Below are positions 63,647 to 64,000 of a stretch of DNA of 64,000 bases, piece by piece. Made by a program: the position numbers and the translations under genes. The stretch comes from Methanothermus fervidus DSM 2088 (lineage in GTDB: Archaea; Methanobacteriota; Methanobacteria; DSM-2088; Methanothermaceae). The notes below the pieces were generated by a model. The model was given only the letters and a program-made list of their open reading frames with translations, was not told the origin of the DNA and ran no database searches. Numbering within the stretch: the first letter of the stretch is position 1; each line of letters starts with the position of its first letter. Location of the stretch: contig CP002278.1 in assembly GCA_000166095.1 (NCBI GenBank), positions 918,717 through 982,716 on the forward strand, given 5' to 3'.

Positions 63647-64000
63647 CTATTTTTGGAAAAATTGTTTAAATCTATTTATTATTTCTTGCAATAAATTTTT
63701 ACTTATATTTTGAATGTTAAAACTACTACTCATGTTTTTACTAAATTCTGCCTCCATCTTGTAAATCTTTTCTTGCAGTGTATCATATGAAATATTATTT
63801 TTTGATACAAAAGCTAAACTTTCTCCTGAATATGGATCATAATTTGTGCCCCTCACCAACAACCATATTTTAAGTTGTGTATCAGTTATATTTTCCTGGT
63901 TGGTCCAATTGGTAGAAGAAATTACATAACTTATAGCTTCTGGTGCATACCCATCAGCTTTCAAATGTTCTCCTTTTATAGCACATGTTTCAGGTTCTAT
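63647..64000 (-). CDS. hypothetical protein, C-terminal part (ORF continues beyond window end)
   Basis: minus-frame remains open through position 64000; no recognisable motif. Confidence 0.3.
   Translation of the reverse strand: MEPETCAIKGEHLKADGYAPEAISYVISSTNWTNQENITDTQLKIWLLVRGTNYDPYSGESLAFVSKNNISYDTLQEKIYKMEAEFSKNMSSSFNIQNISKNLLQEIINRFKQFFQK

Noticed and set aside
1-64000. CRISPR arrays, IS elements, integrases or prophage genes
   Set aside because: No regularly spaced direct repeats and no transposase/integrase-like ORFs were seen. The only repeats found are short promoter-region motifs.

Overview
The window is 64 kb of very AT-rich archaeal DNA (roughly 30% GC by eye) with high coding density. 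Gene content points to a hydrogenotrophic methanogen of the Methanococcales type. That assignment is an inference from gene content and codon style; no database search was possible.

Recognisable content, in order along the window:
- A truncated Upf1-like SF1 helicase, S-adenosylhomocysteine hydrolase and a CDC48/VCP double-AAA ATPase.
- A cluster of secreted or surface proteins: a large protein with a Pro/Thr linker and a C-terminal transmembrane anchor, a beta-helix protein, and a SAM methyltransferase.
- A complete formylmethanofuran dehydrogenase operon (fwdFGDACB). It is preceded by a helix-turn-helix/ferredoxin fusion gene and lies convergent with a tungstate ABC transporter (wtpABC).
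- A NifD-like CfbD candidate, a LeuA/CimA-family synthase, a PHP phosphoesterase and threonyl-tRNA synthetase (thrS).
- A ferrous-iron (feo) operon that encodes five FeoA domains.
- A PadR regulator with an ABC-2 exporter, an SPFH/band-7 protein and a gamma-class carbonic anhydrase.
- A fused ADP-forming acetyl-CoA synthetase.
- A secreted caspase-like (C14) peptidase with a small upstream partner ORF.
- lysA and dapF.
- A long, translationally coupled information-processing array: srp54, pus10, rpl21e, rpoF, DUF655, ksgA, hemK-like, hpt, dph2, csl4, rpoL, DUF99, nudix, tfs, pcna, gins51-like, rpl44e, rps27e, aIF2alpha, nop10, PAC2 and an EndoQ-like protein.
- An overlapping pair of radical SAM genes (B12-binding and SPASM).
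- The F420-reducing hydrogenase operon (frhADGB), with Cys rather than Sec at the active site.
- purA, thiD and cofC.
- Four tRNA genes: Arg-TCG, Arg-CCT, Lys-CTT and Gln-CTG.

No CRISPR array and no transposon or integrase were detected.

The best candidate for something undescribed is a C-terminal domain of about 125 residues ending in D-[VI]-W. It is shared by two otherwise unrelated secreted proteins, the beta-helix protein and the caspase-like peptidase, which lie about 27 kb apart. The peptidase is co-transcribed with a small 91-aa partner ORF. This is reminiscent of cargo-plus-sorting-domain architectures. Secondary candidates are the HTH/ferredoxin fusion gene with repeated TTGTARTAA motifs upstream of the fwd operon, the B12/SPASM radical-SAM pair, and palindromic operator-like sites upstream of frhA and wtpA.
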